Source of the DNA: an uncultured Actinomycetota bacterium
Lineage (GTDB): Bacteria; Actinomycetota; Actinomycetes; Mycobacteriales; Mycobacteriaceae
Direction of reading: 5' to 3'
DNA: 64,000 nt
Assembly (NCBI GenBank): GCA_963756865.1
Contig: CAVWPQ010000020.1
Location: 185,898-249,897, forward strand
Part shown: positions 10,654 through 21,963 of the stretch, in pieces
How the letters are laid out: each line of letters starts with the position of its first letter
Numbering within the stretch: position 1 is the first letter of the stretch
The notes under the pieces: model-generated
The model's database searches: none
What the model was told of the DNA's origin: nothing
What the model saw: the letters and a program-made list of their open reading frames with translations, nothing else
Translations under genes and position numbers: made by a program

Positions 10654-11073
10654 ATGCCAAACCAGATAGTCGTCGCCGGTGCGCTCATCGCAGGTGAGGT
10701 GCTGCTGGTGGCGCAGCGCGAACGCCCCCAGGAACTCGCCGGCCTTTGGGAACTGCCGGGCGGCAAGGTGGCGCCGGGGGAGACGGACGCCGCCGGGTTG
10801 GCGCGCGAACTGCTCGAGGAACTCGGAGTCGAGGTGGAGGTAGGCGAGCGGCTGGGCGACGACGTCGCGCTTAACGGGGCGATGACGCTGCGCGCCTATC
10901 GGGTCACCCAGACTGGCGGGGCGTTGCACCCGAACGACCATCGCGCATTGCGGTGGGTGACGGTTGACGAACTCGAGGGTCTGCCGTGGGTGCCCGCAGA
11001 CCGCGCGTGGCTCGGGGTGCTGACGCACGTTCTGCGTGCGGCGCCCGCCTCGCCTCGGCACGGACCGGTCTAG
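10654..11073 (+). CDS. mutT2: Nudix (d)NTP pyrophosphohydrolase MutT2
   Basis: Nudix box [10 protein letters not shown]....[10 protein letters not shown]; synteny. Confidence 0.88.
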   Translation: MPNQIVVAGALIAGEVLLVAQRERPQELAGLWELPGGKVAPGETDAAGLARELLEELGVEVEVGERLGDDVALNGAMTLRAYRVTQTGGALHPNDHRALRWVTVDELEGLPWVPADRAWLGVLTHVLRAAPASPRHGPV

Positions 11074-11336
11074 TAGCGCAGCCGGTCGCTCACCACGCGG
11101 ACCCGGGACCCGGGGTGGTTGATCGCGTAGAGCGGATGCGTCAGCACCGGGTGACGGCAATGTGGACAGGACTGCTGGGCATCGTTCGCCGTCGAAAACG
11201 CCAGGTGGTGACACGCAGCGCACCGGACGACGAAGAAGGCGCCCATCCAATTCAGCAGCCCGAGATAAATGGCTGCCGTCGTCGCCAGGCCGATCACGGC
11301 GATCAGACCGATCGTCAATACCTCATAAACCGACAT
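11070..11336 (-). CDS. Small membrane protein with CxxC...CxxC zinc ribbon
   Basis: N-terminal TM helix, then CAACHH and CPHCRHP. Confidence 0.7.
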   Translation of the reverse strand: MSVYEVLTIGLIAVIGLATTAAIYLGLLNWMGAFFVVRCAACHHLAFSTANDAQQSCPHCRHPVLTHPLYAINHPGSRVRVVSDRLRY

Positions 11337-11413
11337 ATTCGCCACCTTCACACTCGGCTGCCGGAACAGGGTCACGGTACGCCGGGAACCTGGGAGTTTC
11401 GAGGGTTTCGTTC

Positions 11414-11581
11414 TCAGCTTTTTCGGGCCCGTTTGAACACTTTGACCAGCTGTTTGCCAGTCATCCCGTGACGCTCGGCCTTGCGCACCCGACTGACGAC
11501 GACCGGGCACTTCTTACAGCGTGGCTTGCTGCGGCAGCACTTTTTCTTCGGTTTCAGGTCGGCAAGCTGGCTGGGCTTCAA
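11414..11581 (-). CDS. Small basic Cys-rich protein
   Basis: KPKKKCCRSKPRCKKCP; probable TTG start at 11581; divergent from typA. Confidence 0.65.
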   Translation of the reverse strand: MKPSQLADLKPKKKCCRSKPRCKKCPVVVSRVRKAERHGMTGKQLVKVFKRARKS

Positions 11582-11636
11582 GTGACGGGAGTCTCTCGTT
11601 TTCGTGATCGGCCGACTGCACTGAGATGATTCGGAA

Positions 11637-13526
11637 GTGGATTTCCGGAATGTCGCCATCGTGGCACACGTCGACCATGGGAAAACGACCCTCGTCGACG
11701 CGATGCTGCGTCAGTCGGGTGCGCTGACGCATCGAGGTGATGATGCGATCGAGCGCCTGATGGACTCCGGGGATCTGGAGAAGGAAAAGGGCATCACGAT
11801 CCTGGCGAAGAACACCGCCGTGCACCGCACCCACCCCGACGGCAGCATGACGGTCATCAACGTCATCGACACCCCGGGACACGCGGACTTCGGCGGCGAG
11901 GTCGAACGTGGGCTCTCCATGGTCGACGGCGTGCTGCTTCTGGTCGACGCGTCGGAGGGGCCGCTGCCCCAGACACGCTTCGTGCTGCGCAAGGCGCTGT
12001 CCGCGCACCTGCCGGTCATCCTGGTGGTCAACAAGACCGACCGGCCCGACGCCCGGATCGCCGAGGTGGTGTCGGAAAGTCACGACCTGCTGCTCGACGT
12101 CGCGTCGGATCTCGACGAGGAGGCTCAGAAGGCCGCCGAGTTCGCGCTCGGACTGCCGACGCTGTACGCGTCGGGGCGCGCAGGCATCGCCAGCACCACC
12201 GAGCCTGCCAACGGCGAGAACCCCGACGGGGAGAACCTCGACCCGTTGTTCGACGTGCTTCTCGAGAACATTCCGCCGCCTCAGGGCGACCCCGAGGCGC
12301 CGCTGCAGGCGCTGGTGACCAACCTCGACGCCTCGGCATTCCTCGGCAGGCTCGCGCTGATCCGCATCTACAAGGGCCGAATTCGCAAGGGCCAGCAGGT
12401 CGCGTGGATGCGCGAGGTGGACGGGCATCCGGTCATCACGAACGCAAAGATCACCGAGCTGTTGGTCACCGAAGGTGTGGACCGGACGTCGACGGACGAG
12501 GCCATCGCCGGCGATATCGTCGCCGTCGCCGGCCTGCCCGAGATCATGATCGGCGACACGCTGGCCGATGTGGAACACGCGCATGCGTTGCCGCGGATCA
12601 CCGTCGACGAGCCAGCCATCTCAGTGACGATCGGCACCAATACCTCGCCGCTTGCGGGCAAGGTGTCCGGGCACAAGCTGACCGCTCGAATGGTGAAGTC
12701 GCGCTTGGACACTGAGCTCGTCGGCAATGTGTCGATCAAGGTCGTCGACATCGACCGGCCCGACGCGTGGGAGGTGCAGGGCCGTGGTGAGCTGGCGCTG
12801 GCCGTTCTCGTCGAGCAGATGCGCCGCGAGGGCTTCGAGCTGACAGTCGGTAAACCGCAGGTTGTCACGCGCACCATCGACGGCAAGCTGCACGAACCTT
12901 TCGAAGCGATGACCATCGACTGCCCTGACGAGTTCGTCGGCGCCATAACGCAATTGATGGCGGCGCGTAAGGGCCGGATGGAGGAAATGACCAACCACGC
13001 TGCGGGCTGGGTGCGCATGGATTTCATCGTGCCGAGCCGTGGCCTGATCGGCTTCCGCACCGACTTCCTGACGATCACCCGCGGAACCGGTATTGCCAAC
13101 GCGGTCTTCGACGGCTACCGCCCGTGGGCCGGGGAGATCCGGGCCCGTCACACCGGATCGCTGGTCTCGGACCGCACCGGCAAGATCACGCCGTTCGCGT
13201 TGACCCAGCTGGCCGACCGCGGTCAGTTCTTCGTCGAGCCGGGCCAGGACACCTACGAGGGTCAGGTCGTCGGAATCAACCCGCGCGCAGAGGATCTCGA
13301 CATCAATGCGACCCGAGAGAAGAAGCTCACCAACATGCGTTCGTCTACGGCTGACGTTTTCGAGACGCTGGCGCGGCCCTTGGAGCTGGGTCTCGAACTG
13401 GCCATGGAGTTCTGCGCGGAGGACGAGTGTGTAGAGGTCACCCCGGAGATCGTGCGGGTGCGCAAGGTCGTGCTGAATGCGACTCAGCGCGGCCGCGAAA
13501 AGGCTCGGGCGAAAGCGCGCGGTTAG
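11637..13526 (+). CDS. typA: Translational GTPase TypA/BipA
   Basis: AHVDHGKTT, EKGITILAK, DTPGHADFGGEVER, NKTD, KLTNMRSS. Confidence 0.98.
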   Translation: MDFRNVAIVAHVDHGKTTLVDAMLRQSGALTHRGDDAIERLMDSGDLEKEKGITILAKNTAVHRTHPDGSMTVINVIDTPGHADFGGEVERGLSMVDGVLLLVDASEGPLPQTRFVLRKALSAHLPVILVVNKTDRPDARIAEVVSESHDLLLDVASDLDEEAQKAAEFALGLPTLYASGRAGIASTTEPANGENPDGENLDPLFDVLLENIPPPQGDPEAPLQALVTNLDASAFLGRLALIRIYKGRIRKGQQVAWMREVDGHPVITNAKITELLVTEGVDRTSTDEAIAGDIVAVAGLPEIMIGDTLADVEHAHALPRITVDEPAISVTIGTNTSPLAGKVSGHKLTARMVKSRLDTELVGNVSIKVVDIDRPDAWEVQGRGELALAVLVEQMRREGFELTVGKPQVVTRTIDGKLHEPFEAMTIDCPDEFVGAITQLMAARKGRMEEMTNHAAGWVRMDFIVPSRGLIGFRTDFLTITRGTGIANAVFDGYRPWAGEIRARHTGSLVSDRTGKITPFALTQLADRGQFFVEPGQDTYEGQVVGINPRAEDLDINATREKKLTNMRSSTADVFETLARPLELGLELAMEFCAEDECVEVTPEIVRVRKVVLNATQRGREKARAKARG

Positions 13527-13536
13527 TTTCTGGGCA

Positions 13537-13575
13537 CGAAAAAGCCGGCCACGGATTCGCGTGGCCGGCTTTTCG
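13537..13575. terminator. Bidirectional intrinsic terminator
   Basis: AAAAGCCGGCCACG-gattcg-CGTGGCCGGCTTTT between convergent genes. Confidence 0.85.
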
Positions 13576-13585
13576 ATTGGAACTG

Positions 13586-14720
13586 TTAGTCGGTGTTCGA
13601 CTCCGCCTTCGGTGCGGCGTCAGCCTTCTTGTCTTCCTTCTTCTTGAACAGGTTGCTCAGGCCGCCCGTCGCGGGAGCGCGATGCTTGCCGCCCGCCGAT
13701 TCGGTTGACGCGCCGCCACCTGGAGTCGCCTTCAGCGAGTTGAGGACTCGGCTGACCGGACCCTTCCGCTCCGAGGTGTCGGCAGTCTTGCTCAGCGTCG
13801 TGACGGATGTCGTGGCGGGCGCAGGGGTTGCCGGTGACCGGGTCGACGCCGAGGTTGCCTGCAACGAGGTTGCGGACCGCATCACGAGGCGCGAGCAGAA
13901 CATTGCCGCGCAGACGCGAGATCTCACTGCCGTTCATCAGTGCCGGGTTTGTCTGCGGATCACTGCCAACGGGCTGCGGCAGTACATCGTCGACCGCGAA
14001 GACGATCGGATCGGTGACGTAATTCGGGCCGTCGATGTATGCCTGCAGTGCCTGATAGAGCGGCTTGTTGTTCCCGGTGTCGAAACTGGTCTGCACGCCC
14101 TGTGCAACGGCGACGAGCCCAAGCGGCGCGGTGACAGCGCTTTGGGCGGCGCGCACGCCGGAGGCTGCAAACCCGGCGCCCAACCTGGCCGCCGCGTAGA
14201 CCGGGCCCTCGTTATCGACGTCCGGGGACGTTCCGAGGCCGAGGCTGTCGCCGATGGCTTCCTTGATGTCGTCTCGCGCCGCGATGAGCTGATCGGCACG
14301 GAACTGCGTGATCAGGCTCTCGCCCCGCTGTTCCTGCACGTTGTCCGGGTCGCCGCCGAGCGGCGCGGGCAGCAGGTCGTCGAGCGCATATATCGCCGGG
14401 TCTGCCGCGTACAGCGGCCCGTCGACAATCTCCTTCAAGATGGCGAAGGCAGCGGCGTTATTGGCAGGGCCGCCCTGGGCGAGCGCAATCGCAGCCGTGC
14501 CGAAGCCGACGGGCGCGCCCACTAACGCGGTAACGGTCCGCTGTGCGGACAGCGCGAGGTTTTCCGCGGGAGTCCCCGTCAAGGCTGCGGCGAGTTGTAC
14601 GTCAGCGTTAGCGCTACGCAGCACCTCGGGCGCCTCCTGGGCCACCGGCATTGCGGCTACAACCCCCGCGCCAACCAGCGCCATACCTGCAGTGATGCCC
14701 TTTTGGACACGAGTAGTCAT
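13586..14720 (-). CDS. Exported Ala-rich family protein, paralog 1; one frameshift near 13825
   Basis: ITAGMALVGAGVVAAMPVA...VQLAA leader; the tail (GGKHR, KKKEDKK) continues in the 13586..13927 frame. Confidence 0.75.
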
Positions 14721-15165
14721 GCATTCCCCTCAGATTTTGATTTTGGATCTAACCCGACCCCTGTCCCGAAGCGTAAGGCATGAATCGATTCAGAACAAGT
14801 TTGCTGAGCAAGCTGTTCGAACTTGCACGTCGGACGGTGTGACAACGAGTGGATGTCGGTTTGCAACCGCCGCACCAGCACGGTTCCGGAGTCTAGCCCT
14901 ACCTGAGAAAAATTTGAATCATTTTCGACCTTTGGTACAAAATGCCCGTTAGGGGCGATGCTTTCAGCCCTTAAATTCTTAGAAACCGGACCACACGACT
15001 TCGCTGGATCTTCCATACCGGCGCGTATGGCCTGGCTGGATCCCCTGTGAGGGCCCTGTGAGCTGAGCCAGCAAACATAGTTTGCTATGACGGCTTCGTA
15101 AATTGGACAGCAGCGCTGCCGGTGAAGCTGTCGAATCGGAGGATCGGACGGCTGTCGATACCCTG

Positions 15166-17058
15166 ATGGGCGTGCCCCCTGCCCGCGTTCGTCAATGGAT
15201 CGCGCGCGGCGTCGTCCTCGCCTCACTGGGCGTAGTCGTCGGCAGTTGCACTGTGAGCCCGCCGCCAGCGCCGCAGAGCACCGACACCACGGAGACCACG
15301 GCTCCGCCGCCGCCGAAGGCGACACAGATCATCATGGCCATCGACACGATCGGTCCCGGTTTCAACTCACATCTGCTGTCAGACCAGTCGCCGGTGAACG
15401 CGGCGATCAGTTCGCTGGTCCTGCCGAGTTCGTTCCGGCCTGTGTCTGACGCAACGTCGCCAACAGGCTCGCGGTGGGAGATGGACCCGACACTGCTGGT
15501 GTCGGCCGAGGTGACAAACGCCAACCCGTTTACCGTCACCTACAAGATCCGCCCCGAAGCCAGCTGGACCGACAACGCGCCGATCGCCGCCGACGACTAC
15601 TGGTATCTCTGGCGGCAGATGGTCAGCCAGCCCGGTGTCGTCGACCCGGCGGGGTATGACCTCATCACCGGCGTTCAGTCGATCGAGGGCGGCAAGACGG
15701 CGGTGGTGACGTTCTCGCAGCCGTATCCGGCGTGGCGGGAACTGTTCAACGACATCCTGCCCGCGCACATCGTCAAGGACATTCCTGGCGGCTTCGCCTC
15801 GGGCTTGGCGCGTGCGCTGCCCGTGACAGGTGGCCAGTTCCGGGTGGAGAACATCGATCCGCAGCGCGAGGAAATCCTGCTGGCGCGCAACGACCGGTAC
15901 TGGGCCGAGCCGGCAAAGCCCGACCAGCTCCTCTTCAGGCGAGCGGGTGCGACTGCGGCACTGGCGGATTCGATCCGCAACGGCGACACACAGGTAGCCC
16001 AGGTGCACGGTGGAACGGCGGCCTTCGCACAGCTGTCGGCCATCCCTGATGTGCGGACGTCGCGGATCGTCACTCCGCGGGTCATGCAGCTGACCATGCG
16101 AGCGCAGCAGCCGAAGCTCGCCGATCCGCAAGTGCGCAAAGCGATTCTGGGACTGCTCGACGTTGACCTCCTCGCGTCGGTTGGTGCCGGCAGTGACAAC
16201 ACGGTGACGCTGGCGCAGGCGCAGGTGCGCTCACCGTCGGATCCCGGTTACACGCCGACAGCGCCGCCGGCGCTGAGTAAGGAGGCCGCGCTTCAGCTGT
16301 TGGGCAACAGCGGATACCGGCTGGTCCCGTTGGATGCGCCGCCGACGCTGACGCCGGGCACACCGGTGCCCGACGAGGACCGCGGGCGCATCACCAAGGA
16401 CGGCGAACCGCTGTCGTTGGTGATCGGTGTGGCGACCAACGACCCGACGTCGGTGGCTGTGGCCAACACTGCGGCCGACCAGTTGCGCAATGTCGGCATC
16501 GAAGCGTCGGTGCTGGCGCTCGATCCTGTTGTGCTGTACGGGGATGCCCTCGCACAGAACCGGGTCGACGCAATCGTCGGCTGGCATCAGGCCGGCGGCG
16601 ACCTGGGCACCGCGTTGTCGTCCCGGTACGGCTGCCGGGCGCTGGAGGCGACGCCGGTGACGACGACGACTGCAGGCTCGCCTCCTGCTACGACGTCGTC
16701 GACGACTTCCACCACCCCGAGCCCGCCGCCGACGACAGGTACTACGACGGCCACGCCGACGACGCCAAGCCCGGCGCCGGAGTCCGATCAGCTCATTCAG
16801 GCGCCAAGTAACCTGACCGGCGTCTGCGACCGCAGCATTCAGCCGAAGATCGATGCCGCGCTGCGGGGAACCGAGAACATCGGCGAGGTCATCGACGCGG
16901 TCGAGCCTCGGCTGTGGAACATGTCGACGGTTCTGCCGATCCTGCAAGACACGACGATCGTCGCCGCAGGCCCGCGCGTGCAGGGGGTCAGCCTGTCCGG
17001 CGCAGTACCCGTGGGGATCGTCGGCGACGCGGGCACGTGGTCCAAGAAGCCGCAATAG
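15166..17058 (+). CDS. lpqW: Lipoprotein LpqW (SBP family 5)
   Basis: Lipobox VVGSC, then [11 protein letters not shown]; [14 protein letters not shown]; synteny after typA. Confidence 0.93.
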   Translation: MGVPPARVRQWIARGVVLASLGVVVGSCTVSPPPAPQSTDTTETTAPPPPKATQIIMAIDTIGPGFNSHLLSDQSPVNAAISSLVLPSSFRPVSDATSPTGSRWEMDPTLLVSAEVTNANPFTVTYKIRPEASWTDNAPIAADDYWYLWRQMVSQPGVVDPAGYDLITGVQSIEGGKTAVVTFSQPYPAWRELFNDILPAHIVKDIPGGFASGLARALPVTGGQFRVENIDPQREEILLARNDRYWAEPAKPDQLLFRRAGATAALADSIRNGDTQVAQVHGGTAAFAQLSAIPDVRTSRIVTPRVMQLTMRAQQPKLADPQVRKAILGLLDVDLLASVGAGSDNTVTLAQAQVRSPSDPGYTPTAPPALSKEAALQLLGNSGYRLVPLDAPPTLTPGTPVPDEDRGRITKDGEPLSLVIGVATNDPTSVAVANTAADQLRNVGIEASVLALDPVVLYGDALAQNRVDAIVGWHQAGGDLGTALSSRYGCRALEATPVTTTTAGSPPATTSSTTSTTPSPPPTTGTTTATPTTPSPAPESDQLIQAPSNLTGVCDRSIQPKIDAALRGTENIGEVIDAVEPRLWNMSTVLPILQDTTIVAAGPRVQGVSLSGAVPVGIVGDAGTWSKKPQ

Positions 17059-17071
17059 CTTCTACATAGAG

Positions 17072-17103
17072 ATCGGCCCCCTGCCGGGCGGGAGGGGGCC
17101 GAT
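17072..17103. terminator. GC-rich hairpin, probable terminator
   Basis: ATCGGCCCCCT...AGGGGGCCGAT between convergent genes. Confidence 0.7.
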
Positions 17104-17126
17104 TCGTGAGCAGTTACAGCGGACGG

Positions 17127-18518
17127 CTACTTGCTTCCGCTGTCGCCGCCCGAGCCGGAGTCGCCGGAACCTGAACTGCTCGAAGCGCTTTCACCGCTCT
17201 TCGACGCAGAGGCGCCCGACGTCTCCTTGTCGGACTTCTTCTCGCGACCGAGGCCCGTGAGCCCCTTGATGCTGTCCCGCAAGCCTTGAGCGAAGCTCCC
17301 GGTATCGGCGCGATGCCTGCCGCCCTTGGTGGACGAGCGATCCCGGGCGTGAAAAGATTGCCGCCCTTGAGTGTTGTCCTTCGTGGCCGTCGGAGTCGCT
17401 TCGCCGGATGTGGCCTTCGTATCGGTGCCCGACGCGGTAGCGCCGTCGACTGTCGCGGATCCCTTGGTCTGTTCAGCGGTGGCGGAACTGCTCTTGGGTG
17501 CTGATGCGATCTCCTTGAGCGGCGCGGTCAACGTGACCGATTTGGCAGTTGTGTTGGGCAATGCAGTCGCTGATGCTGCGAAAGCCGCAGGAGCGGGCTT
17601 ACCGATCGCCTCGGCGATTGCCTCACGCAGGTTCTGTAGCCCGCTGACTAAGCCGCCTCCATCCGGGGCGACGGCGACGTTGAGGAACGCTTGCGTCACC
17701 GCAGCGGCTTGAGTGACGACCGCCTCGAATGCCACGCCAGGGTCACCCGACTGTGCCGCCGCGATGAACCCTTCAAGAGTTTCTCCGAGAGCCTGCGCAG
17801 TGGTGTTCAAAGGGGTGATTGCAGGAAGGCCAACGAGTACCGCCTGTATTGGCAAGGCGGCGACTACGTTTCCTAGGTTTTCCAGCGGTTGTCCGACGAT
17901 GGGTAGTAACGGGGTCAGGTCCTGAATGGGCTTTTCGAGAGTGGCGCCAACAGTCGAGATGAGAAGCAGATTCCCGAATTCGTGGCCGAGGAGCGTCACT
18001 AATGGAAGGGCCGCGAGATCGTTGAAAGCGCTGCCGAAGTCGCCACCCTTCGCGGCATCGATCGCCAGTTGCAGCTGGGCCTGCAGATCGCCTTGCGTTA
18101 TCCCGTCGACGATATTTGTCAGAAAGTCTTGACCTGCTTGACCGAGGGCTTGGAGGTCCGCGATCTCATGTGCGGCGACGCCCGGAAGTAGTTCTGGCAG
18201 GTTGGGAATCACGTCTAGTTGGCTGACCAGGTTTTCGGGAAGGTTGAGCGCCTGACCGAGCTGATTGCGGATGAGCTGCGGCAATATGGGCGCGGGATTG
18301 TTGATGATCGCCTGCCCGGTGGTCTGAGCCTCTGTGATGGTCGTCTGTATGAGCTGGCGGAAGACCGCGATCGGATCTACCGACGCCGACAGCTCTACCG
18401 CGTCTTCGCGGACCTGCTCGATAGCCGTCGGAGTGGCGATGACCGGTGAAATAGCGATGACGCTGGCCCCCACCAGCGCGACGCCCGCCGTTGCGTAGGG
18501 ACGGAGGGCAGATTGCAT
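17127..18518 (-). CDS. Exported Ala-rich family protein, paralog 2
   Basis: MQSALRPYATAGVALVGASVIAISPV...VELSA leader; helical core; S/T/K-rich tail with GGRHRA; AAGGAG RBS. Confidence 0.85.
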   Translation of the reverse strand: MQSALRPYATAGVALVGASVIAISPVIATPTAIEQVREDAVELSASVDPIAVFRQLIQTTITEAQTTGQAIINNPAPILPQLIRNQLGQALNLPENLVSQLDVIPNLPELLPGVAAHEIADLQALGQAGQDFLTNIVDGITQGDLQAQLQLAIDAAKGGDFGSAFNDLAALPLVTLLGHEFGNLLLISTVGATLEKPIQDLTPLLPIVGQPLENLGNVVAALPIQAVLVGLPAITPLNTTAQALGETLEGFIAAAQSGDPGVAFEAVVTQAAAVTQAFLNVAVAPDGGGLVSGLQNLREAIAEAIGKPAPAAFAASATALPNTTAKSVTLTAPLKEIASAPKSSSATAEQTKGSATVDGATASGTDTKATSGEATPTATKDNTQGRQSFHARDRSSTKGGRHRADTGSFAQGLRDSIKGLTGLGREKKSDKETSGASASKSGESASSSSGSGDSGSGGDSGSK

Positions 18519-19019
18519 ATCGACTCCTTAAAGCCGCGGAACGAATGAGACGCGTCGGAACTTACTCGTCCGTAAGAAAAGTAGCGAGGGGTTTAAGCAA
18601 ACTAAATTGAGGAAGGTTAGGTGAGCTTGTAATCAGCAAAATAGCAGCTAGATCGCATGTAGTTGCTCTTCGGTGAGATATCACAGATAACTTGGGAACC
18701 TAAGCAAAATCGCCGCCGTAGCGAACTTATCGCGCAGCTAAGTCGAACGAGATCATCTGTCTCGAATTTGCTGGCAGCTCACGTTGTGCGGGCCGAGTTG
18801 CAGATCGTGCTGGGATCCGGAGCAATGCCTCATCTTTGCGATTGGACGCCCATCGGTCGACTGGCTGTCCCGCCCCGATTGTGCCGAGCGAATGAAGAGA
18901 ACCTTGCGATGGCAACTAACTGGTTCGACGTGTCGGGCGCTGCCACTCGTTCGCCCGAACTACTGGCTGGTAACTTCCACAGCTTCTATGCAGGCTTTAT
19001 GGCGTCCGGCGCCCCGACA

Positions 19020-20268
19020 TCACCCGGTCGTTGTGATCTCGTCTTTAGCTCTGCTGCGTTCGATCACGATTCTCAGCCCATGGGCGGCAACCGCGGCAAC
19101 CAGGAACGGTGCGAGTATCCACCACGGCGGGTGTGCGAGCTCCCAGACGAAGATCGCGGCCCATATGGGGGCACGTTGCGTGATCGCAAGTACGCCCGCA
19201 GCGCACGTCAGCGATACCGCCGGCACGCTGACGTGGTATTCGGTCCAGGTGTTGATCGCCAATGCGACCACCGAACCCATCGCCGCGCCCGTCGCCAAGG
19301 CGGGAGTGAGCATGCCGCCGACTGCGCTCGCGCGGAGGAACACCGCCGTGAGAAGTGGCTTGAGAAACAGGAGCACCACCGCGGCACCCAAAGTCAGCCC
19401 GCTGTTGAGGCTGATCGTCAGAATGCTCTTGCCGTTGCCGGGAAGTTCTGGATACCGGATCGAGCAGAGTCCGATGAGAAGACCGGCCGCGGCGATCGCA
19501 GGTATCAGCACCCACGACCTCATGAGTGTGGCGGGCCTCGCCCGCGCCATGAGGTTGTTGAACGCCAATCCCACGCCCAGAGCCAGCGGCGCCAACACAA
19601 TCGCGAAAGCCGCCAGAAGATAGGACAATTGAGGATCCGGCCAGTCCAGCGGAGGAACCTCATGGGTTACCGGTGACGCAACCGCGACCGCCAGGCTCGA
19701 CGTGATCAGAGCGGTGCCGACGGCACGCGGGTGCCACGTCTTCAAGATGATGGCGGTGGCGAACAGCGCGCCACCGACCGGCACGCTGTAGACCGCGGCC
19801 AAACCGGCGCCAGCGGCGCAGGCGAGCAGGATCTCGCGATCTCGCTCAGTCAGTGCCCACCGGGACGTACCGAGATCGCCAAGGGCAGCAGCGAATTGAC
19901 GGGGTGCGCCCTCGCGGCCCAGTGACGCACCCGAGCCGACGATGAGGACTTGAAGCGCGGCATCGATCGTCATCGTCAGGCGGGGGATACGACCGTGGTT
20001 GAGGATCGTCTCGGTCAGTGGCGGCACGTCGGTGCGCCGACGGAGCATCCACCATCCGAAGCCGGCGAGCGCTCCGCCGATCATCGGGCCGACCGCGCGC
20101 CGCACAGGACTACTCCCGGTGACGCCGGACAGCAGCGTGCCGAATGAGTAGTGATACGTCAGATGCTCGACGAAGCGCAGCAGCAGGGTGGTGCACAGAC
20201 CGGCAACACCGGCCAAGAGTCCGATGACGATGATGCCGCAAGCTGAACTCAAGCGTGCGACGACTCAC
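19020..20268 (-). CDS. ClC family chloride channel/antiporter; possible frameshift in the first codons (GTG 20268 vs in-frame TTG 20252)
   Basis: GASLGREGAPRQ, GLAAVYSVPVGG, PGNGK, GGMLTP. Confidence 0.88.
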
Positions 20269-20356
20269 CGGCTGAATCTAAGCCCCGTCCCCGGGTTCTG
20301 CAGCAGGGTCGTGATTTCCGTTCGACAACAGCCCTGTCGCAGAACTCGACGACAGC

Positions 20357-20384
20357 CAATGCCCACTGAGAGAGGTGGGCATTG
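20357..20384. terminator. Hairpin after the paralog-3 stop
   Basis: CAATGCCCAC-8 nt-GTGGGCATTG perfect 10-bp stem. Confidence 0.65.
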
Positions 20385-20427
20385 ATCCCCAGACTTACTA
20401 GCGGATCAGATGCGCTAGCTTGCGGCC

Positions 20428-21963
20428 TCAGCCGCTGTGCGCCTTCTCCTTGTCGTCGCCGCCGAAGGACCTTCTTGACCAGGTCGCGGACCGGGTGCAT
20501 TCCGATGCCTGCCAAGGTGCTGATCGGCGCCTACCTTCTTGCTGTGCCCCGCCAGCGCCAAGCGGATTGTTCTTCACCAGGTTGAGGAGCGGGCGGTTCC
20601 GCTTCTTGGGCTCAACCTTCTGGTCGTCGCCTGCTGCCTCGCTCCTAGCGGCGGCGACCTTGACGTTGTCGCCACGCTGTCTGAGTGCGGGCGGCAGTCG
20701 AACCGAAGACGCGGCCAACAAGTCCCTGCAACGTGGGGATTGTGCCAGGGTGATGAGCTGATGCTGAAACCGTGGGAGTCGGACGTCCCGAGTGCTGAAG
20801 GCCCAGGCCCCCAGGCAGGTTCGTATAGCGTAGTCGGGATTTGAACGAGGCCTGGAGCGTACACGCCTTCGACGGGCTTCAGTCACCGGGTCCCGCGGCA
20901 CATCCAGGGTCCACCAGCGGGATCGCGGTCGGCAGGAAGGGCAATAGCGGCTGCAGGTTCGGTCCAAATGCCGCCGTTGACTGCTCCATCGAGCGGCAAC
21001 CTGACGAGATCCAGAGAATTGTCGAGGAATTGTTAAAATTGTCGGAGTCGACGAGGTCTTGGACGGCATGCCCAAGGCCGCCTGTTCCGCTGATCAGCGG
21101 CCCGATGAACCCAAGGGTGCCGATGGCGAGGAACTGGGCCGCTTCAGTCACATCGAGGATCGGCGCGAGGAGCGGCGCGCCGAGTGTCACGATGCGCAGC
21201 GTCAAAGCTGTCGCCCTGTACAGCAGCTCGTTAACGCCATCCTCGATCGGCCGGTCGGCTCCGCCAGAGAGCCTCGCAGTGACCCGCCATCTTGCGGCGC
21301 TCAGAGACAGCGAGAGGTAGGGCTTGATCAGGTCCTGCAAGATTCGCCAACTCCCGTGCGAGACGTCGTTCAGCACGCCGGTGATTTCTGCCAGGCCTCG
21401 GAGAGTGGTTCAGGCAGGATGACTTCCCAGGCCGCAATGATCGGGCCGAACTGCGTTGACGAACAGCGAGTACGAGAGGACCGGATTGGGGGTGCGAGAT
21501 AGCAGCCCGAAGGTGGGCAGAAACGGATAAGTTGACGGGCCATCGATGATTGTCCCAGGGCACCGATGGAGTTAAGCGAGGTAACTGGTTAGTCCCGGAA
21601 GTCGCGCGGAGTCAACGACCGCCTGCAGCGCGGTTCCAAAGGACCCGCCGCCGCTGATCCGACGGCCCGCGACCCAGGGCTGCGAGAGGAGTGCGGCGGC
21701 CTGCTCTTCCCCGAGCGCCGAGCAGTTGACCCAGATTCGGCGCCGCGACAGTTGGGCGTCGAAGCGTTAACAGATCGCGTTGTTCACAGACGAGTCTGGA
21801 TTTCGTTGGCGGTGAGTTGGACGCCGCGCTCGACTGCCTGTACTGCCGGATTCGGGATCTGTACGTCGGCCGGCGTTACCGGTGCAATCGGCGCGGCAGC
21901 GATGACGCTGGCTCCCACAAGGGCTACACCGGTCGTGACGTATGGGCGTAGAGAGAGTTGCAT
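20428..21963 (-). pseudogene. Degraded exported Ala-rich family protein, paralog 3
   Basis: MQLSLRPYVTTGVALVGASVIAAAPIAP...VQLTA start; fragments in several frames (LGFIGPLISGTGG; RPLLNLVKNNPL; HPVRDLVKKV). Confidence 0.75.

Noticed and set aside
18663-19676. 337-aa and 279-aa plus-strand ORFs
   Set aside because: Mostly antisense to the ClC gene, Arg-rich, no recognisable domain.
20252-20420. Fluoride riboswitch / CLC-F exporter
   Set aside because: No riboswitch consensus upstream; the protein has GREGA/GMLTP rather than the CLC-F GREGT/GEVTP signatures. The hairpin fits a terminator.
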